Of a DNA stretch of 64,000 nucleotides, positions 47,894 through 57,512 are shown one piece after another. A program made the position numbers and the translations under genes. The stretch covers positions 84,661 to 148,660 of the forward strand of contig CAYZIY010000003.1 in the NCBI GenBank assembly GCA_964478715.1, in the 5' to 3' direction. The notes below the pieces were generated by a model. That model was given only the letters and a program-made list of their open reading frames with translations. It did not search any database and was not told the origin of the DNA. Within the stretch, counting starts at the first letter, position 1; the number at the start of each line of letters is the position of its first letter. The DNA comes from an uncultured Planctomycetales bacterium. GTDB taxonomy: Bacteria > Omnitrophota > Gorgyraeia > Zapsychrales > JBDRMG01.

Positions 47894-48644
47894 AACCCCT
47901 TTGTCGGTTATTGTCATTACGAAAAACGAAGAAGAAAACATTCGCGAGTGTTTAAAAAGCGTTTTTGGCTGGGCTGATGAAATTATTATTGTCGATGACG
48001 AGAGCTCTGATCGGACTGTTGAAATTGCCAAAGAATATACAGATAAAATATTCTCCCGGAGAATGGAAAACGAAGGCATTCATCGCAACTGGTCGCATAC
48101 AAAAGCCAAAAACGAATGGATATTAAGCCTTGATGCTGATGAGTCAGTCACTGAGGAGCTCAAGCAATCGATTATGCAGGCGATCCCAAACACAGAATAC
48201 GACGGGTTCAATATCAAATCCCGAAATTATCTGGGAGATTTTTGGATTCAACATGGCGGTTGGTATTTCGGCAAACTAAAAATGTTTAAGAAGAGTCTCT
48301 TTAGCTATGAAGAGGTGGAAGTGCATCCTCGTATTTTTTTTAAAGGAACGGCAGGCCACCTGGAAGGAGACCTTGTCCATAGATTGGCGAAGAATTTTGA
48401 GCAGTTTTTGGGAAGCTTAAACCGCCAGACTACCCTTGAGGCCCGCAAATGGGTTATGACAGATAGAAAAATGTCGTTTGGAAAAGCCTTATGGCGTGCC
48501 ATGGACCGATTTCCGCGACGGTTCCTCAGAAAAAAGGGACGTAAAGACGGTTTTATCGGTTTTATGATGGCCTTTTTTGATTCTTTGTATCAAATCATGA
48601 GTTATGCCAAATATTGGGAAATGAAAGAGGCCGACAAAAAGTGA
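47886..48644 (+). CDS. Glycosyltransferase family 2 (WaaE/KdtX-like)
   Basis: VITKNEE, VDDESSD, LDADE, VH, GRKDG. Confidence 0.92.
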   Translation: MDKTPLSVIVITKNEEENIRECLKSVFGWADEIIIVDDESSDRTVEIAKEYTDKIFSRRMENEGIHRNWSHTKAKNEWILSLDADESVTEELKQSIMQAIPNTEYDGFNIKSRNYLGDFWIQHGGWYFGKLKMFKKSLFSYEEVEVHPRIFFKGTAGHLEGDLVHRLAKNFEQFLGSLNRQTTLEARKWVMTDRKMSFGKALWRAMDRFPRRFLRKKGRKDGFIGFMMAFFDSLYQIMSYAKYWEMKEADKK

Positions 48645-49189
48645 AAATCGCTTTTCTAGATCGAGACGGGGTGATCAATCAATATCCCGGCGATAGATAC
48701 TATGTGACGAAAGTAAAAGATCTCCATATTCTGCCGCAGGCTCTGGAAGGTTTAAAGATGCTTAAAGAAAATGGCTACACTGTTTTTGTGATTTCCAACC
48801 AGGCGGGAGTATCTAAAGGTATTTATTCTTTGGATAAACTGCAGAGAATTAACCGGCAGATGATTGAAGCGGTAGAGAAAGGGGGAGGAAAAATCAAAAA
48901 AGTCTTTTACTGCACTCACCGCTTGGAAGAAAATTGCGACTGCCGAAAACCAAAAATCGGATCGATCAAAAAAGCCTTTGAACTCATGAAAAAACCGATC
49001 AAACAAGCCAGCTCAGCTTATTTTGTCGGAGATGCCCAAACAGATATTGAGGCCGGCCACAAGGCCGGTTGCAAAACGATTTTTGTTTTATCAGGCAAAG
49101 AAACCAAAAAAACCATGGCCCGCTGGAAGGTCAAGCCCGATTATGTGGCCAAAGACCTGAAAGAGGCCGCAAGGATCATGATCCAATGA
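48641..49189 (+). CDS. gmhB: D-glycero-D-manno-heptose 1,7-bisphosphate phosphatase
   Basis: FLDRDGVIN, SNQAG, CTH..CDCRKP, VGD; GTG start overlaps the upstream stop. Confidence 0.88.
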   Translation: MKIAFLDRDGVINQYPGDRYYVTKVKDLHILPQALEGLKMLKENGYTVFVISNQAGVSKGIYSLDKLQRINRQMIEAVEKGGGKIKKVFYCTHRLEENCDCRKPKIGSIKKAFELMKKPIKQASSAYFVGDAQTDIEAGHKAGCKTIFVLSGKETKKTMARWKVKPDYVAKDLKEAARIMIQ

Positions 49190-50271
49190 AAATTCTTATC
49201 ACACATGCCTCGGCCGGCGCCGGCCATACCAAAGCTGCTGAAGCTCTCTTCAATTATCTTAAAAGTAAAACATCACATCATGTTGTTTTCGTTGATGCCC
49301 TGGATTATACGAATAAGCTGTATAAATATATTTATCAGACCAGTTATAAATTTTTGATCACGAAACTTCCCGGTTTATGGGGTTTTTTCTTTTGGTTGAC
49401 CGATATTCGCTTTCTGATTCCTTTTGTCCGGTTGTGCCGACGGGTCTTTAACATCATTAACGCCTGTGGTTTTCATCGTTATTTAAAGAAAGAACAATTT
49501 GATGCCATCCTTTCAACTCATTTTTTTCCCAATGAAGTGGCCGGACATCTGATACAAAGCAAGGCCATTTCGTCAAGTCTGATCAGCGTTGTGACCGATT
49601 ATGATGCGCACAGTATCTGGATCAGTCCCGGCATTGATTTCTATGCGGTGGCCTGCGAGCAAACCAAGCGGCGTCTGGTGAGCCTGGGAATTGAAGGAAG
49701 CAAAATTGTGATTACTGGCATCCCTACCGATGAGCGCTTTTCGAAAGGAAAAGACATCAAGGCTCTTAAAGACAAATTGAAAATCAAAAAGAATATTTTT
49801 ACAGTCCTTATTGCGACGGGTTCTTTTGGGATCGGTCCGATTGAGAAAATTGTGGCCGGTCTTAAAGATTATCAAGTTCTTGTTGTCTGCGGAGGAAATC
49901 AAAAATTATTCCAGAGGCTCAAGCAAAAATCATATCCCCATGCCGTGATTTTCGGTTTGGTCAATAATATGTATGAATTGATGGCGGTCTCCCACTGCAT
50001 GGTCACCAAACCCGGCGGGCTCTCTATTTCAGAAGCCTTGGTGACCGGTTTACCACTTATCTTTTTTAATGCTATTCCGGGGCAGGAAGAAGGCAATGTT
50101 CGGGTCCTTAACGGTTTAGGCATCGGATTTCAAAGCCGGGGAGATATTGATCTGATTGTCCGGGAAGTGAAGAAGCTGAGTCAGGACAAAGAAAAATACG
50201 CTGTCATCCAAAAGAAGATTGCCAAACTGGCCCGGCCGCAGGCTGTTGAAACCATCACCGAGATGATCTGA
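49186..50271 (+). CDS. MGDG synthase / UgtP-like glycosyltransferase (GT28)
   Basis: GAGH..AA, STHFF, VVTDY..H..W, TGIP, TKPGGLS, IPGQEEGN. Confidence 0.9.
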   Translation: MKILITHASAGAGHTKAAEALFNYLKSKTSHHVVFVDALDYTNKLYKYIYQTSYKFLITKLPGLWGFFFWLTDIRFLIPFVRLCRRVFNIINACGFHRYLKKEQFDAILSTHFFPNEVAGHLIQSKAISSSLISVVTDYDAHSIWISPGIDFYAVACEQTKRRLVSLGIEGSKIVITGIPTDERFSKGKDIKALKDKLKIKKNIFTVLIATGSFGIGPIEKIVAGLKDYQVLVVCGGNQKLFQRLKQKSYPHAVIFGLVNNMYELMAVSHCMVTKPGGLSISEALVTGLPLIFFNAIPGQEEGNVRVLNGLGIGFQSRGDIDLIVREVKKLSQDKEKYAVIQKKIAKLARPQAVETITEMI

Positions 50272-50289
50272 TTCTCTCATTCCTTTCCT

Positions 50290-52140
50290 ATGCGCAAGAA
50301 ATCAATTGCCCAAGTTGTTGTCGGTCTCCCGGTCGACGGACCTTTTGATTACCGGGTTTCGGCCTCTGATCAAGAAACTATTTCAATAGGTTCCCGTGTG
50401 CTTGTTTTTTTTGGAGCAAAAAAACGGACAGGTTTTGTGATTGGTTTTAAATCCCGAAGCTCCCATCAGACATTAAAGAATGTCATCAATGTTCTTGACC
50501 GAAAACCTCTTTTGTCCCGGAAAGATTTGTTGTTGGCCCGTCAGATGTCTGATTATTACGGGTGTTCAATGGGAGAAGCTTGCGAGACGATTTTGCCGCC
50601 CTTTTTAAGAAAGACACGCCAAACAGATTTTCCGATATCGTTTAAAGATCAAATCAAAAAAAAGAAAAAATCTCAAGTGATATTGTATTGTGAATCTAAA
50701 GATGAAGAGCGATGGAAATTTTTGGCGCAGAAAATTCTTCAACAAATAGAAAAAGGAAGAGGCGTTCTCATTCTTTTAGCGGATAATTCGCTGGGCGAAA
50801 GCATCAAAAAAGAAATATGTGCCCGATGCCAAAAAGAGCCGATTATCCTCGATCGCCAGCTCGGTGTCAAAGCCCAAATGAAAATCTATCAAGAAATTTG
50901 TTTAAGCCAGGCCCCGATTGTGATCGGAAGCCGTTCGGCTGTTTTCGCGCCGTTGCGCTCATTAGGTCTGCTTATCTTGATCGAAGAAAACCATCCGGGT
51001 TTTAAACAGGAACAATCTCCTCATTATCATGCCCGTGAGATCGCCTTGATGAGAAGCGGGCTTGAAGGCTGTCCGGTTCTCTTTGTGGATACTGTGCCCT
51101 CAGCTCTTGCTTGGAAGATGACCGCAAACAAAAAAGCCCGGAGAATTGAAGATCTCAAGATCCCTCAAAATGAATTTCAGGTGGTCAATCTGAATGATTA
51201 CAGAAGTAAAAAAAGCATTGTCCTTTCTGCCCCTTTGAAAAATCAGCTCCAGCTGGTTCTGCAAAGCGGAGGCAAAGCCTTATTGTTTCTCAATCGAAAA
51301 GGTTTTAGCACATCGACCCGCTGTGTCAAATGCGGTACGGTAATTAAATGCGAACATTGCGAGTCGAATTTAGTCTATCTTTTTTCCAAGAAAAAGCTAA
51401 TCTGTCGTCATTGCCGTCGGGAGAAGAATATGATCAAGATTTGCCCTCAATGTAAAAGTTCTTATTTGCGCTATTCAGGTACTGGAATTGAAAAGCTTGA
51501 GAGCGAAGCGGCCCGTCTTTTTCCGGAGGCCCGTATCTGCTCTTATGAGGCCGAGAATAAGCAGCTCCCGGTAGATTATGATATTCTGATCGCCACCCAG
51601 GCGATAAGTAAACACAGAAGCGATCTGAAGGCCGACTTGGTGGCCGTTATCAGTTTTGATTCCGAGATCAATCATCTGGACTTTCACAGTGGCCAGAGGG
51701 CTTTTGCCCTTTTGGTTGATTTGAGATTGATGGCCAAAAAGAAACTCCTTGTGCAAACCCGCGTGGCAGAAAATTATTGTTTGGATCGCGCCCGGGATTT
51801 TGATCTCAAGACTTTTTTTAGAGACGAACTTAAACAGCGTAAGGAATTATCATTACCGCCATTTTCTCATATTCTTAAAATCTCTCTGAGAGGAAAAAGC
51901 GAGGAGAGAGTTTTTGATCAAATACATCTTTTATGCGCCAAACTCAAGGAGCAGGCCCAAGGGACGGATTTAATCGTTCAGGATTCCTTATCCGAGCTAA
52001 TCCCTAAGCTCAGAGGGCAGTATAGATTTTTTGTCCAAATCAAGGGCAAGAGTGTTAAAAAGATGATTCGTTTTTTGCAAAAAGTGTTAAAATCATTTAA
52101 AAAGAAATCGGGTATTATTGTGAGCATTGATGTGGAATGA
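50290..52140 (+). CDS. priA: Primosomal protein N' (PriA) lacking helicase motifs
   Basis: 3'-binding domain FDY, GSRSAVFAP, KQEQSPHYHARE, LNRKGF, two Cys4 zinc sites, PPF; no Walker A. Confidence 0.88.
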   Translation: MRKKSIAQVVVGLPVDGPFDYRVSASDQETISIGSRVLVFFGAKKRTGFVIGFKSRSSHQTLKNVINVLDRKPLLSRKDLLLARQMSDYYGCSMGEACETILPPFLRKTRQTDFPISFKDQIKKKKKSQVILYCESKDEERWKFLAQKILQQIEKGRGVLILLADNSLGESIKKEICARCQKEPIILDRQLGVKAQMKIYQEICLSQAPIVIGSRSAVFAPLRSLGLLILIEENHPGFKQEQSPHYHAREIALMRSGLEGCPVLFVDTVPSALAWKMTANKKARRIEDLKIPQNEFQVVNLNDYRSKKSIVLSAPLKNQLQLVLQSGGKALLFLNRKGFSTSTRCVKCGTVIKCEHCESNLVYLFSKKKLICRHCRREKNMIKICPQCKSSYLRYSGTGIEKLESEAARLFPEARICSYEAENKQLPVDYDILIATQAISKHRSDLKADLVAVISFDSEINHLDFHSGQRAFALLVDLRLMAKKKLLVQTRVAENYCLDRARDFDLKTFFRDELKQRKELSLPPFSHILKISLRGKSEERVFDQIHLLCAKLKEQAQGTDLIVQDSLSELIPKLRGQYRFFVQIKGKSVKKMIRFLQKVLKSFKKKSGIIVSIDVE

Positions 52141-52149
52141 GGATTGAAT

Positions 52150-53082
52150 ATGAAGATTATATTCTTCGGCAGTGACGATTTTGCGGTTTGTCATCTTAAA
52201 GAGTTGATCAAATCAAAGCATCAAATTCAGGCAGTTGTGACCCAGCCGGATAAACCCAAAGGCCGAAGCTACAAATCGACGCCGACTCTTGTCAAGGAAT
52301 TGGCTCTTAAGGAGAAATGCCCTGTCTATGATCCGCCTAATCTTCAAGGCAAGGATGTCGTCTCTTTGCTTAAAGAATGTGATGCCGATCTTTTTGTCGT
52401 TGTGGCTTACGGAAATATTCTGCCAGCCGATATCCTTAATATCCCCAGTCTTTTTTGCGTCAATGTTCACGCCTCTTTACTTCCCCGATACCGTGGAGCG
52501 GCGCCCATCAACTGGGCTATCATAAACGGAGAAGATAAGACCGGGGTGACAATCTTTCGATTGAATGAATCCCCGGATGCCGGCGAGATCATTGCCCAAA
52601 AGGAGATGCCAATCCTTGAGACGGATACTTCAATTTCACTTCGAAGCAAATTGGCTTCTTTGGGAAGCAATTTCTTGATAGAAACACTGAGCCAAGTCGA
52701 AAAAGGCGGTTATTCGGTCGCTAAGCAGAATTACGCCCAAGCTAGCTATGCACCAAAGCTTAAAAAGACAGACGGCCGAATCAACTGGAGCCGTGAGGCC
52801 CGCTATTTACATAATATGATCAGGGGGTTATTGCCCTGGCCGGCGGCGCGCTGCCAGTTTAATGGCCGACAACTTAAGATTTTGGCTTCTAAGGTTGTGC
52901 AAATCGATAATCAGAAATATCAGCCAGGGGAAGTAACCGGATTCTCACCGGAAGGGTTCGTTGTTGCCGCAGGTCAACAAGGCCTTCTGGTGACCTATGT
53001 TCACCTGGAGTCTTCAAAAGCCATGGATGCCAGACGGTTTTTAGCCGGGCATCCTCTGGATGTTGGTTTTCAGCTTGATTAA
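52150..53082 (+). CDS. fmt: Methionyl-tRNA formyltransferase
   Basis: VVTQPDKPKGR, VVAYG, NVHASLLPRYRGAAPI, DAG. Confidence 0.96.
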   Translation: MKIIFFGSDDFAVCHLKELIKSKHQIQAVVTQPDKPKGRSYKSTPTLVKELALKEKCPVYDPPNLQGKDVVSLLKECDADLFVVVAYGNILPADILNIPSLFCVNVHASLLPRYRGAAPINWAIINGEDKTGVTIFRLNESPDAGEIIAQKEMPILETDTSISLRSKLASLGSNFLIETLSQVEKGGYSVAKQNYAQASYAPKLKKTDGRINWSREARYLHNMIRGLLPWPAARCQFNGRQLKILASKVVQIDNQKYQPGEVTGFSPEGFVVAAGQQGLLVTYVHLESSKAMDARRFLAGHPLDVGFQLD

Positions 53083-53105
53083 AGACGTGATTTATAAGAA
53101 ATAAT

Positions 53106-53133
53106 TTGATTCCCAAAAACTTTATGTTATAAT
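53106..53133 (+). promoter_or_regulatory. Extended -10 promoter of gap
   Basis: TTGATT-16 nt-TATAAT preceded by TGn. Confidence 0.6.
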
Positions 53134-53194
53134 CTTTAAAATTAATTCAGCAAAAAAGCATTTGTTAAACAAATAACCAAGAAGGGGGCATGAA

Positions 53195-54187
53195 ATGGCA
53201 GTAAAAGTTGGAATTAACGGATTTGGTCGTATCGGGCGCATGGTTTTAAGAGTGGCGGCTGAAAATAAGAATATCGATATTGTCGGCATCAATGATTTAA
53301 CGGATGCCAAGACTCTGGCCCATTTGCTCAAATATGATTCCTGTCAGGGGAAATTCAGTGGAAGCGTGGAAGCCAAAGAAAACGCGATTGTTGTTAACGG
53401 AAAAACGATTCCGATTACGGCGATCAAAAATCCGGCCGAATTGCCATGGAAAGATTATGGAGTGAGTGTTGTCGTGGAGTCCACGGGAGTGTTTCGTAAA
53501 AAAGAACAGTGCATGGGGCATGTCACGGCCGGAGCCAAAAAAGTTCTTCTGACCGTTCCGCCTAAAGACGAAATTGACAATATGATCGTTTTGGGTGTTA
53601 ATGATGATGCCCTCAAAGACAGTGACGTCGTTGTTTCCAATGCATCTTGCACAACCAATTGTCTGGCTCCTATGGTCAAGGTTCTTCATGATTCTTTCGG
53701 TGTTGTCAAAGGATTAATGACAACGATTCACGCTTATACGAATGATCAGAGGATTTTGGATTTTCCTCACTCAGATTTGAGACGTGCCCGGGCTGCTGCC
53801 TTGAGCATGATTCCCACCACAACCGGCGCGGCCAAAGCTGTGGGTAAGGTGATCCCTGAGCTCAACGGAAAACTCAACGGAATGGCTATCCGCGTTCCCA
53901 CCCCTGTTGGATCTGTGACCGACTTTGTGGCCGAATTAAAAAAGGAAGTGAGTGCGGATGATGTCAATGCGGCCATGAAAAAAGCGGCCGGAGAGCCTCT
54001 TAAAGGGATCATGCAATACAGCGAAGAACCTCTGGTTTCAATTGATATCGTTGGCAATCCTCACAGCTGTATTTTTGACAGCCCGTCAACAATGGTCATT
54101 GGGAATATGGTCAAGGTCGTCGGATGGTATGATAATGAATGGGGATATTCCAGCAGAGTTGTCCAGCTGGTTGAGCAGTTGGGATAA
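53195..54187 (+). CDS. gap: Type I glyceraldehyde-3-phosphate dehydrogenase
   Basis: [33 protein letters not shown]. Confidence 0.98.
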   Translation: MAVKVGINGFGRIGRMVLRVAAENKNIDIVGINDLTDAKTLAHLLKYDSCQGKFSGSVEAKENAIVVNGKTIPITAIKNPAELPWKDYGVSVVVESTGVFRKKEQCMGHVTAGAKKVLLTVPPKDEIDNMIVLGVNDDALKDSDVVVSNASCTTNCLAPMVKVLHDSFGVVKGLMTTIHAYTNDQRILDFPHSDLRRARAAALSMIPTTTGAAKAVGKVIPELNGKLNGMAIRVPTPVGSVTDFVAELKKEVSADDVNAAMKKAAGEPLKGIMQYSEEPLVSIDIVGNPHSCIFDSPSTMVIGNMVKVVGWYDNEWGYSSRVVQLVEQLG

Positions 54188-54211
54188 ACCTGATTAAGAA
54201 ATACAACAAAG

Positions 54212-54249
54212 AACCCCCGCACCCGTAGATATGGGTGTGGGGGTTTTTA
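54212..54249. terminator. Intrinsic terminator between convergent gap and metF (possibly bidirectional)
   Basis: AACCCCCGCACCCGTA / TATGGGTGTGGGGGTT stem with a T run downstream and A-rich sequence upstream. Confidence 0.85.
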
Positions 54250-54274
54250 TGAGGATATACGGCGTATATACGTT

Positions 54275-55147
54275 TTATGATCGAACAGCTTTAAGAATTG
54301 TGGCCACAGGCTCTATTTTATTCAGGCAATAGAAATGGATGCCCGGCGCTTTGCCTTTAAGCAGTTCCCGGCATTGATTAATAGCGAAATCCGTTCCCTT
54401 CTTAAGTGTTTCCTTGGGATCATCTTGAGACGATTCAAATAAATCGCGGACATTATCAGGAACAGTTGCTCCGCAATCCTTGGCAAAATCGACTAATCTT
54501 CTGTAGTTTGTAATGGGTAATATGCCGGGGATGATCCGTTTATTGACTCCGAGTTCCCGGAGTCTTTTAACATAATCAAAATAATCCTGGTTGTTAAAGA
54601 AAAACTGGGTGACAATAAAATCGGCTCCGCTATCGATTTTTGTCTTCAAGTATTTCGCGTCTGTTTGCCGGTTTGGGGCTAAGGGATGGCCTTCGGGAAA
54701 TCCGGCAACACCAATCGAAAAAAAGTCGCCGAATCTTTGTCTCATAAATGCCACGAGTTCACAGCTATAAGAAAAATTGTCTTCATCGGGCTTCCATTCG
54801 GGGAGTCCTTTGGGCGGATCTCCGCGCAGGGCTAAAACATTGCGGATGCCATAGCTTTTTATCGCCTGAAGGATTAAATCGAGGTCTTTTTTGGAATGCA
54901 AGACACAGGTCAGGTGAGCCACTCCGATAATTTGATGTTGTTTCTGAACAAGATCGACAATTTGAAGTGTGCGTTCCCGGTTTCCTCCGCCGGCTCCATA
55001 GGTGACAGAGATAAAATCAGGCTCAAGCTTTTTCAACTCGTCAATAGTCGCTTTAAGATTCTCAAAGCCTTTATCCGTTTTTGGAGGAAAAAGTTCAAAT
55101 GAGAATGTCTTGTCTTTTTCTTGAAAGATACTGGCTAGCGGCCTCAT
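54275..55147 (-). CDS. metF: 5,10-methylenetetrahydrofolate reductase
   Basis: SFELFPPK, SVTYGAGG, HLTC, ALRGDPP, FPEGHP, TQFFF, HFYCLN; start placed at ATG 55147. Confidence 0.96.
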   Translation of the reverse strand: MRPLASIFQEKDKTFSFELFPPKTDKGFENLKATIDELKKLEPDFISVTYGAGGGNRERTLQIVDLVQKQHQIIGVAHLTCVLHSKKDLDLILQAIKSYGIRNVLALRGDPPKGLPEWKPDEDNFSYSCELVAFMRQRFGDFFSIGVAGFPEGHPLAPNRQTDAKYLKTKIDSGADFIVTQFFFNNQDYFDYVKRLRELGVNKRIIPGILPITNYRRLVDFAKDCGATVPDNVRDLFESSQDDPKETLKKGTDFAINQCRELLKGKAPGIHFYCLNKIEPVATILKAVRS

Positions 55148-55257
55148 GATTGGCGGCATTATACCACAGGCTTGTTGAGGTGGACAATAGTCAATTTTGA
55201 TATCCGTATTGGTCTTAAATCTAGTCGTCTTTTCGATACTTATCTTCAAATAAATGA

Positions 55258-55286
55258 TTGAATCTTATTCTAAATCCCTGTATACT
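55258..55286 (+). promoter_or_regulatory. Sigma70-type promoter of the GT2-TA-transketolase-rSAM operon
   Basis: TTGAAT-17 nt-TATACT, followed by SD GGGAGG. Confidence 0.6.
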
Positions 55287-55306
55287 AAAAAATTTAGGGA
55301 GGCAAT

Positions 55307-56020
55307 ATGAAAGTCACGCTTGTTGTTTTGACGCTTAATGAAGAAGAAGGCATGAAAGCCATCATGCCGAAGATCAAAAAAGAATGGGTGGACCAAATTC
55401 TGATTGTCGACGGCCAATCCACCGATGGTACTCTGGATTATGTCAAAGAACAGGGTTATCAATATGTAGTACAGGATAAAAAAGGACTACGAAACGCCTA
55501 CATGAGCGCATTGCCCTATATCGAGGGCGATGTGCTTCTTTTATTTTCTCCTGATGGAAATTCTGTTGCAGAGCGCATTCCTGATTGTATTGAAAAAATG
55601 AAGGAAGGCTATGATATGGTGATTGTCTCTCGCTATGCCAAAGGGGCTAAAAGCGAGGACGATGATCCGATTACCGCCTTCGGTAACTGGATGTTTCGTA
55701 CCACGATCAATCTTTTTCACGGGGCCCATTACACAGATCCCATGGTGATGTTTCGCGCCTTCAAGAAAGAACTGATCTATGAGCTCGATTTAGACAAAGA
55801 CAGCAGTTTTGAAACAGAAGAGAAGCTTTTTCATACCAATATCTGCTGGATGCCGCTTTTATCCATCCGTGCGGCCAAGGCAAAGAAAAAGGTTGCGGAA
55901 ATTCCCGGCGATGAGCCGGCGCGCATCGGAGGAGAGAGAAAGCTCCAGATTTTGCGATGGGGTGCTGCTTATCTTTTTGAAGTATTTAGAGAAATTTTTG
56001 TTTGGAGGAAGAAAGGATAA
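55307..56020 (+). CDS. DPM1-like glycosyltransferase family 2
   Basis: TLNEEE, VDGQSTDGT, GYDMVIVSRY, TDP, RIGGERK; FSPDGNS in place of the usual DAD. Confidence 0.88.
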   Translation: MKVTLVVLTLNEEEGMKAIMPKIKKEWVDQILIVDGQSTDGTLDYVKEQGYQYVVQDKKGLRNAYMSALPYIEGDVLLLFSPDGNSVAERIPDCIEKMKEGYDMVIVSRYAKGAKSEDDDPITAFGNWMFRTTINLFHGAHYTDPMVMFRAFKKELIYELDLDKDSSFETEEKLFHTNICWMPLLSIRAAKAKKKVAEIPGDEPARIGGERKLQILRWGAAYLFEVFREIFVWRKKG

Positions 56021-56021
56021 A

Positions 56022-56324
56022 ATGAAAAAGAAATCTGAGGTCGCAGATATTCTTAGAAGCGAACAGGCTTATTTGAAAAAACATTTTGGCGTTAAACGGA
56101 TCGCTCTTTTTGGTTCCGTAGCGGATGGAACAAGTAATAGCAACAGTGATGTTGATATTTTTATGGAGTTTGAACGCCCAATGGGTCTTGGTTTTATCGA
56201 ATTAAGCGATTATTTAGAAAAACGCCTTGGACGAAAAGTGGATATATTAACACCCGGAGGCCTTCAGGGAATCCGTGTTAAGCGAATTGCGCGGGATATT
56301 CAAAGGAGTTTAATCGATGTCTAG
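56022..56324 (+). CDS. MNT-family nucleotidyltransferase (MntA-like antitoxin)
   Basis: LFGS-X10-DVD motif, LGRKVD. Confidence 0.92.
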   Translation: MKKKSEVADILRSEQAYLKKHFGVKRIALFGSVADGTSNSNSDVDIFMEFERPMGLGFIELSDYLEKRLGRKVDILTPGGLQGIRVKRIARDIQRSLIDV

Positions 56325-56670
56325 AAGAAAAGATGACGACCTGCTTAGCGATATCTACGAGGCCTTAAGAAGAATAGAGGAATATCAAAAGAATTCCAAT
56401 TATGAAGAATTCTTAAGAGATACAAAAACTCAAGACGCCATAGTCAGAAATCTTGAAATCATCGGGGAAGCCTCAAAAAACATATCCGACGACATCATTA
56501 AGCAGTTTCCAGAAGTGAGGTGGAATAATTTTGCTAAAGTACGCGATAAATTGATCCATCATTACTTTGGCATTAACCTTGATATCGTTTGGAATATTCT
56601 GAAAGATGCTTTGCCGAATTTAGCTGAGCAGGTGAAGGTAATAATTGAGAAAAACAAGGAAGGTGATTAA
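56317..56670 (+). CDS. DUF86 HEPN RNase (HepT-like toxin)
   Basis: RNLEIIGEA, RDKLIHHY (RX4HXY). Confidence 0.92.
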   Translation: MSRRKDDDLLSDIYEALRRIEEYQKNSNYEEFLRDTKTQDAIVRNLEIIGEASKNISDDIIKQFPEVRWNNFAKVRDKLIHHYFGINLDIVWNILKDALPNLAEQVKVIIEKNKEGD

Positions 56671-57512
56671 TGACACCGGTACCGGTTGAGGAATTAAAAA
56701 AGAAGGCCGTGCATATCCGCAAGACAATTTTAAACACCTGCATCAAAGCGGGAACAGGACATGTCACCTCTTCTTTATCTTGCGTGGAAATTCTTGTCGC
56801 TCTTTATTACGGAGGCTTGATGCATCACAACCCTAAGATACCTGACTGGGACGAGAGAGATCGATTCATACTCAGTAAGGGGCAGGCATCTCCGGCCCTC
56901 TATACAATTTTAGCTGATTGCGGCTATTACAGCATGAAAGATTTAGAATTCTTTGCTCAGGAAGACGGCAAATTCGGAGTTCATCTTCAAAACGATGTTC
57001 CGGGTGTTGAGATTACATCCGGCTCTTTAGGTCAGGGATTGGGAACGGCTGTTGGTATAGCATTGGGCGCTGAGATGAGACGTGAGCTTTTTTTAGTTTA
57101 CACGCTTTTGGGTGACGGAGAGTGTTATGAAGGCTCCATTTGGGAGGCCGCGATGTTCGCCTCTCATAATCATCTGAATAATCTCATTGCCATTATCGAC
57201 CGCAACTATTTATGCGTCACGGATTTTACGGAAAATATTATTTCTCTGGAGCCGCTGAAAGATAAATGGCAATCTTTCGGTTGGGAAGTAGTCTGCATTA
57301 ATGGCCATGCTATGGGACAGTTTCTTTCCACATTAACCAATGTGCGATCTCGCAAGTCAACAAAACCTCTTGTCATTATTGCTGACACTGTTAAAGGAGA
57401 AGGGGTTGAATCTCTTTGCTATCGACCTTTATGGCACGGACTGGCTCCCAAGGGATCTGAAGCCATCAGGGCCATGAATGAGTTTGAAAGGAGATTCTGC
57501 GGTTATGAATAA
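56670..57512 (+). CDS. Transketolase-like N-terminal (ThDP-binding) subunit
   Basis: GH..SSLS, RDRFILSKG, GSLGQG, GDGECYEG..WEA, TVKG. Confidence 0.93.
   Translation: MTPVPVEELKKKAVHIRKTILNTCIKAGTGHVTSSLSCVEILVALYYGGLMHHNPKIPDWDERDRFILSKGQASPALYTILADCGYYSMKDLEFFAQEDGKFGVHLQNDVPGVEITSGSLGQGLGTAVGIALGAEMRRELFLVYTLLGDGECYEGSIWEAAMFASHNHLNNLIAIIDRNYLCVTDFTENIISLEPLKDKWQSFGWEVVCINGHAMGQFLSTLTNVRSRKSTKPLVIIADTVKGEGVESLCYRPLWHGLAPKGSEAIRAMNEFERRFCGYE

Noticed and set aside
55148-55306. SAM riboswitch upstream of metF
   Set aside because: No SAM-I core motifs were recognised, and the apparent promoter sits immediately upstream of the start codon.
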